Assembly (NCBI GenBank): GCA_030695905.1
Contig: JAUYOL010000007.1
Location: 6,604 to 70,603 of the forward strand
Length of the DNA: 64,000 nucleotides
Source of the DNA: Candidatus Omnitrophota bacterium
Lineage (GTDB): Bacteria; Omnitrophota; Gorgyraeia; 2-01-FULL-45-10
Reading direction: 5' to 3'
Positions 59,704-64,000 of the stretch are shown one piece after another (the first letter of the stretch is position 1; each line of letters starts with the position of its first letter). Made by a program: the position numbers and the translations under genes. Under the pieces are notes generated by a model that saw only the letters and a program-made list of their open reading frames with translations, did not search any database and was not told the origin of the DNA.

Positions 59704-60291
59704 CTATTCTAACCTGGTTAGATTTGCCAGGTTAAAAGGGAAAATATACGAATAAGTTTTTTGTCGTTCCTCATCGGTTACACCTAAGTTGATATATACT
59801 TCAGATTTATCTATCAAGTCATTTTTTTCTCCAGATAGGTAAGTACGTGCTCCTGAATAATTCCAGTCAGTCGAGTTTTTGCATAGACCTGCTCTTACAG
59901 GGTTTAAATCTATATAACGCATTACTGCAAGCAATTGAGTGTCATTTTTTACCAATTCTCCATAAAAGCGATCTTCCCAAAAATGTCCCTTTCTTTCATA
60001 ATGCTCATTATGCCATCGCGCATACCATCTATTGATGGAGTGCATTATTGCAGAAATATTTTCAGTATCAACAAGTTTAATAAGCAGGTGCGTATGGTTA
60101 TGCATAATGACATAATCGTAAAGCAAGAAACCATATTTAATTTTGCACTTTTTAAGAATACTAAGATACTTAACAAAAGCATAGTCGTCGGTGATGAGGT
60201 TTTGTTTATTATTACATCGCGTTGTGATATGGCATATTGCATTTTTAAAGTTGAACCGCTCACGTTTTCCATGAGTTATCGTTACAGCCAT
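59704..60291 (-). CDS. REP-associated tyrosine transposase (RAYT, Y1_Tnp/HUH)
   Basis: HITTRCNN, MHNHTHLL (HUH), GHFWEDRF, YIDLNPVRAGL, W.YS. Confidence 0.9.
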   Translation of the reverse strand: MAVTITHGKRERFNFKNAICHITTRCNNKQNLITDDYAFVKYLSILKKCKIKYGFLLYDYVIMHNHTHLLIKLVDTENISAIMHSINRWYARWHNEHYERKGHFWEDRFYGELVKNDTQLLAVMRYIDLNPVRAGLCKNSTDWNYSGARTYLSGEKNDLIDKSEVYINLGVTDEERQKTYSYIFPFNLANLTRLE

Positions 60292-60333
60292 AAGTTACCC
60301 CTCCATTCTAACCTGGTTAGACTTGTCAGGTTA
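59706..60333. mobile_element. RAYT cassette bounded by 29-bp direct REP repeats
   Basis: ATTCTAACCTGGTTAGA(T/C)TTG(C/T)CAGGTTA at 59706-59734 and 60305-60333 (27/29 identical). Confidence 0.8.
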
Positions 60334-61872
60334 GCCCCACAGGTTTCTGTCCAGACTGCGGTAGGAGATGGCTTCGGAGATGTGATGTGCTTCGATGGTA
60401 TCTTTTTCATCAAGGTCCGCTATTGTCCTGGATACTTTAAGGATTTTATCATAGGCTCTCGCGGAAATACCCAGTTCTAATATAGCCAATTTCAGCAGCT
60501 CTTCAGCCTCTTTATCAAGAATGCAGTATTTTTCCAACTCCTTCGATTCCAGGTGGGCGTTAAACAGCACGCCGTCATCCTTGAGGCGTTTTTTCTGAAT
60601 CGCCTTTGCCATATCTACGCGCTTTCTTATTTCCCCGGAGGGCTCGCCGCGTCTTTTGTTCGTGAGATTTTCATATTTAAGCCTTGGCACCTCCAGGTGT
60701 ATATCGATTCTATCGAGAAGCGGCCCTGATATTTTTGATAAATAATTCTGGATCTGAAAAGGCGTGCAGTGGCATCCTCTTTTTGGATCGGTAAAGTATC
60801 CGCACGGGCATGGGTTCATAGCGGCGACGAGCATAAATTTGGCGGGATATGTCAATTTATTCGCCACCCTTGCTATAGTGACAAGACCATCTTCCATAGG
60901 CTGCCTTAATACGCCGAGCACGTTTCTTTTAAATTCCGGCAGCTCGTCCAGAAATAGCACTCCGTTATGAGCCAGGCTTATTTCGCCCGGTGTTGGATTC
61001 GTGCCGCCGCCCAATAGCGCCGCGTCAGAAATTGTGTGGTGGGGAGACCTGAACGGGCGCGTTCCTACAATGACTTTATCAGACGGCAGGATCCCCGCGA
61101 CGCTGTGTATGCCGGAAGTTTCCAGCCCTTCTTCAAGCGTCATTTCAGATAGTATTGTGGGCAGCCTCTTGGCTAACATGCTTTTTCCCGAGCCCGGCGG
61201 CCCTATTAAAAGGGCATTGTGCCCTCCGGCAGCGGCGACCTCCAGGCCTCTTTTTACATGTTCCTGGCCCTTAACGTCGCTAAAGTCCTGCTTGTATTTG
61301 GAGTTTCTTTTAAATATGGATTCGGCGTTGGCCTGTTCCTGTTTTATCGTTATCTTTTTGTTTAAAAAATCCACGGCTTCTTTTAGGCTTGAGACAGGGT
61401 AAACCTCAATATCTTTTACCGTAGAAGCTTCTTTGGAGTTTTCTTTTGGAAGTACGAATATTTTTTTATTCATTTTTTTCAGCGCTATGGCTATCGGCAA
61501 AGCGCCTTTAATAGGTTTTATCTTTCCATCTAAAGAGAGTTCGCCGCAGAATATATATTCGTTTAAAGAGGTAAAATCTATGACTTTTTCCGTGGAGAGG
61601 ATGGAAAGCGCTATCGGCAGATCGAACGACGCGCCCTCTTTTCTTATATCCGCGGGGGCGAGGTTCACTATTATCTTTGTAGAAGGGAAGGAGAATCCGG
61701 AATTTTTAATGGCCGATTTTATGCGGTCACGCGATTCTTTTATCGCCACATCGGGCAGGCCCACTATGCCGAAATGGGGAAGGCCTCCTCCGATATCAAC
61801 CTCTGCGGTTACTTCATACGCATCTACTCCTAATACACAACCTGAACAAATCTTCGCAATCATTTTTATCAC
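60331..61872 (-). CDS. comM: ComM/YifB Mg-chelatase-like AAA+ helicase
   Basis: IVGLPD..IKESRDR, VNLAPAD..KEG, GPPGSGKSM, PFRSPHH, LFLDELPEF, AAMNPCPCG. Confidence 0.93.
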   Translation of the reverse strand: MIKMIAKICSGCVLGVDAYEVTAEVDIGGGLPHFGIVGLPDVAIKESRDRIKSAIKNSGFSFPSTKIIVNLAPADIRKEGASFDLPIALSILSTEKVIDFTSLNEYIFCGELSLDGKIKPIKGALPIAIALKKMNKKIFVLPKENSKEASTVKDIEVYPVSSLKEAVDFLNKKITIKQEQANAESIFKRNSKYKQDFSDVKGQEHVKRGLEVAAAGGHNALLIGPPGSGKSMLAKRLPTILSEMTLEEGLETSGIHSVAGILPSDKVIVGTRPFRSPHHTISDAALLGGGTNPTPGEISLAHNGVLFLDELPEFKRNVLGVLRQPMEDGLVTIARVANKLTYPAKFMLVAAMNPCPCGYFTDPKRGCHCTPFQIQNYLSKISGPLLDRIDIHLEVPRLKYENLTNKRRGEPSGEIRKRVDMAKAIQKKRLKDDGVLFNAHLESKELEKYCILDKEAEELLKLAILELGISARAYDKILKVSRTIADLDEKDTIEAHHISEAISYRSLDRNLWG

Positions 61873-61895
61873 TCCTTGACTGTTAGCCCGCAGGC

Positions 61896-62273
61896 TTATA
61901 TATAATCGTCTTCAACAGCGTTCTCTATAAGCTCTATGTTTTCTAATTTATGTTCATGATTTAATTTTACCGAAACTATGTCTATTCTCCATGCTGCACG
62001 CAATAGACTGTTGCACTTTAAATAGAAGAGCGCGTTTTTTATTATGTGCCGCTCTTTAAATTTTGTTATTGCCAGATACGGGGGGCCAAGAGAAGATGTG
62101 GCGCGTGTTTTTACTTCCACAAAGACTATAAGATCTTTTAGCTTGGCCACAATATCTATTTCGCCGAATATTGTGCGAAAATTACGCCTTAGTATCCTGT
62201 AGCCTTTTTTCTTGAGGTATGACGCGGCCAGCTCTTCGCCTACGCTACCCGTCACCTTCTTCTCCCGGCCCAT
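61896..62273 (-). CDS. yraN: YraN-family nuclease (UPF0102)
   Basis: G..GEELA..YL...GY.IL.RN, GEIDIVA, VFVEVKTR, RIDIV. Confidence 0.92.
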   Translation of the reverse strand: MGREKKVTGSVGEELAASYLKKKGYRILRRNFRTIFGEIDIVAKLKDLIVFVEVKTRATSSLGPPYLAITKFKERHIIKNALFYLKCNSLLRAAWRIDIVSVKLNHEHKLENIELIENAVEDDYI

Positions 62274-62277
62274 AAAA

Positions 62278-62541
62278 TTAACTCCCGTATGCTTCCAGAA
62301 CGAGCCTCTCGACCTCGTCCATTACCTCTTTATTTAGAGGGATCACAGTCTTGTACCATTTGCCGTCTTTTCCGGCTTCTGACGGCATGCTGACAAACAA
62401 GCCTTTTTCGCCCTCGACAACCCGCAGCCCCTTGATCACGAAACTATCGAGCACAGAAAGATCGCAGAATGCTTTTGTAGCGCTGTTGCCATCGAGCTTG
62501 TGCAGCCTTGATACTTCCAGCTTCAGGTCTTCGGTTACCAT
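62278..62541 (-). CDS. spoVG: SpoVG-family nucleic-acid-binding protein
   Basis: KAFCDL...DSFVIKGLRVVEG.KGLFVSMPS....GKW....P. Confidence 0.9.
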   Translation of the reverse strand: MVTEDLKLEVSRLHKLDGNSATKAFCDLSVLDSFVIKGLRVVEGEKGLFVSMPSEAGKDGKWYKTVIPLNKEVMDEVERLVLEAYGS

Positions 62542-62570
62542 ATTTTCACCCCCTTTCCATACGTTTTATC

Positions 62571-62611
62571 CCTACTATATAAGACGTAAAAAGGGTCGAA
62601 ATTGTTGCAAA
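62571..62611 (-). promoter_or_regulatory. ECF-sigma-type promoter TGCAAC-N17-CGTC upstream of spoVG
   Basis: 41-bp sequence, 38/41 identical to 63210-63250. Confidence 0.78.
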
Positions 62612-62707
62612 CTTTTTTAAAATATTTTTAATTTAGGTTGTAACTGATTGTATTGCAATGGTTTAGCAAAGCAGTGTTTGCGGGATGGTAATCAATATTG
62701 GTGTGTT

Positions 62708-63157
62708 TTACAGCCGGTTTTTTGGATTTGAATCGAGAGCGCTTAGTATCCTGGACGCTTCTTTTTCTCCGCCTTTTTTCCATGCTTCGTATATCATGAC
62801 CAGCATCTTGGTGGATTTAGCGTCAACTATCCACTTTATACCCAAAAGCGTAGTAGCTACGAGTAGTTGTATAAAATACTGAGGAGTAATAAACGACAGA
62901 ATAAAAGATATCGCGGCAAGAATTAAGTAAACATTCAGCTTCTTCATAAAATCACCCTTTCCTTTTTTGAAATTTCTACCTTTATTAAATATCTTTACAG
63001 ATTCATACGCAGAAACTATGCTTTCAAGGCACTCCGGGCAGCAGGCGATATGATCCTCGATTCTTATTTTATTTTCGCCGGTGATACCGCGGCTAAGATA
63101 GTCCGCAAGCTCAATCTCTGTTGGGTGTATTTTTGTGTCTGTTTTAACATTAGTCAT
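62708..63157 (-). CDS. Zinc-finger (zf-HC2/ZAS) membrane anti-sigma factor
   Basis: HP.E.EL..Y....IEDHIACCPEC (HxxxCxxC) plus hydrophobic helices; follows the ECF sigma gene. Confidence 0.82.
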   Translation of the reverse strand: MTNVKTDTKIHPTEIELADYLSRGITGENKIRIEDHIACCPECLESIVSAYESVKIFNKGRNFKKGKGDFMKKLNVYLILAAISFILSFITPQYFIQLLVATTLLGIKWIVDAKSTKMLVMIYEAWKKGGEKEASRILSALDSNPKNRL

Positions 63158-63202
63158 GAATTTTTCTCCTTTTTGCCCTATGGTCCTGCACTGCTACGAA
63201 CC

Positions 63203-63874
63203 CTATGCTCCTACTATATAAGACGTAAAAAGTGCCAAAATTGTTGCAAAAATAATTAAAAAAGTTTTCAGGTCCTTCAATGAAACCTTGAGTTTCTCCT
63301 TGGCCCTCTTTATATAATTTGATACAGTGCCCTTAGGCATATTGAGCATATCAGCTATATCATGGTATTTTTTATCATGGATAAGATGAAGTTTTATTAT
63401 AATTTTTTCGCGGGAGGGCAGCGCTTTAATGGCACGGTCTATTCTTTGGGCAAGTTCAGTTTCAACATTGTCATGCTCGGGCTTCATGTCTTTGGATGGA
63501 ATAAGATCGGCAAACTCTTTTTCATCCTGACATTTTTCATGTATAGAGATCGCTTGAAGGCGTTCTTTCGTATCGCTTTTGCGTATATAATTTATAGCGG
63601 CATTTCCCGATACTATGGCTATCCAGCATGATATGTCGCCGGTATTAACTATATTCTTTAATTTTTCCTCGTGCCAGATTGATGTGAAAATATCCTGGCG
63701 GATATCCTCTATTTCATTAGTGGGAAGTGAGGTACCGTATTTTTTCAGCCTGTTATCTATGGATATATATACTAACTTGGAATATTTTGATATAAGGCAA
63801 GACCATGCCTTCAGGTCTTTTTTTACGCAGGCCTCAACTATATAGCGGTCATCTTCCGGATATTCATTTCCCAT
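63203..63874 (-). CDS. ECF-family RNA polymerase sigma factor
   Basis: Region 2 (AW..LI..Y, EDIRQDIF, WIAIV..N.AINY.RK) and region 4 (LP.REK.II.L......Y.DIA..L.M..GTV...I.RAK.KL). Confidence 0.9.
   Translation of the reverse strand: MGNEYPEDDRYIVEACVKKDLKAWSCLISKYSKLVYISIDNRLKKYGTSLPTNEIEDIRQDIFTSIWHEEKLKNIVNTGDISCWIAIVSGNAAINYIRKSDTKERLQAISIHEKCQDEKEFADLIPSKDMKPEHDNVETELAQRIDRAIKALPSREKIIIKLHLIHDKKYHDIADMLNMPKGTVSNYIKRAKEKLKVSLKDLKTFLIIFATILALFTSYIVGA
63210..63250 (-). promoter_or_regulatory. ECF-sigma-type promoter TGCAAC-N17-CGTC in the 3' end of the sigma gene, upstream of the anti-sigma gene
   Basis: Second copy of the 41-bp motif. Confidence 0.75.
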
Positions 63875-64000
63875 TAAATTGATACGATATCACGGTTTCC
63901 GTCGGCGGGTCAAGAGAAATTAGCTTACAGCAAGGCGTGTTTAATTATCCGCCAATATATACCTTCTCTCCATTAATCGTTACTTTTAGTCCGGCGGCTG

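Noticed and set aside
59935-60480. 181-aa plus-strand ORF across RAYT and comM
   Set aside because: Antisense to two well-supported genes; no independent signal.
1-64000. CRISPR array
   Set aside because: No run of three or more regularly spaced repeats with unique spacers and no cas genes; the REP and ECF duplications are too few and irregular.

Overview
About 60 genes from a diderm bacterial chromosome. Gene order (bamD-lptE-holA/rpsT-murJ, spoVG, giant secreted proteins beside a T2SS) suggests a PVC-superphylum organism such as Ca. Omnitrophota; this is inference, not a search result. 1-30 kb is mostly housekeeping: gpmA, purH, folC, mnmE, folE, L,D-transpeptidase, accA, nfo, leuS, comEA/comEC, PilZ, bamD, lptE, holA, rpsT, murJ, uvrC, frameshifted prfB, secA, lnt. 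A ~2.3-kb decayed island (XRE HTH + ImmA/IrrE protease, half-sigma factor, recombinase remnant) lies between tRNA-Ala(GGC) and tRNA-Leu(CAA). 30-59.7 kb is an extracellular locus and the best candidate for an undescribed system. It encodes a small secreted subunit, a pilus-chaperone-like protein, a 2216-aa GH144-like glucanase/adhesin whose C-terminal domain is homologous to the small subunit, and a CBM-like protein that begins with the same N-terminal peptide as the subunit. This resembles a donor-strand-complemented, enzyme-tipped fibre with no usher in the window. It is flanked by a second GH144-like enzyme and a near-complete type II secretion cluster whose secretin is fused to a TonB C-terminal domain. 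The end of the window holds a REP-flanked RAYT transposase and an ECF sigma/anti-sigma pair whose duplicated promoter motif also precedes spoVG-yraN-comM. All domain calls come from motif recognition by eye; no searches were run.
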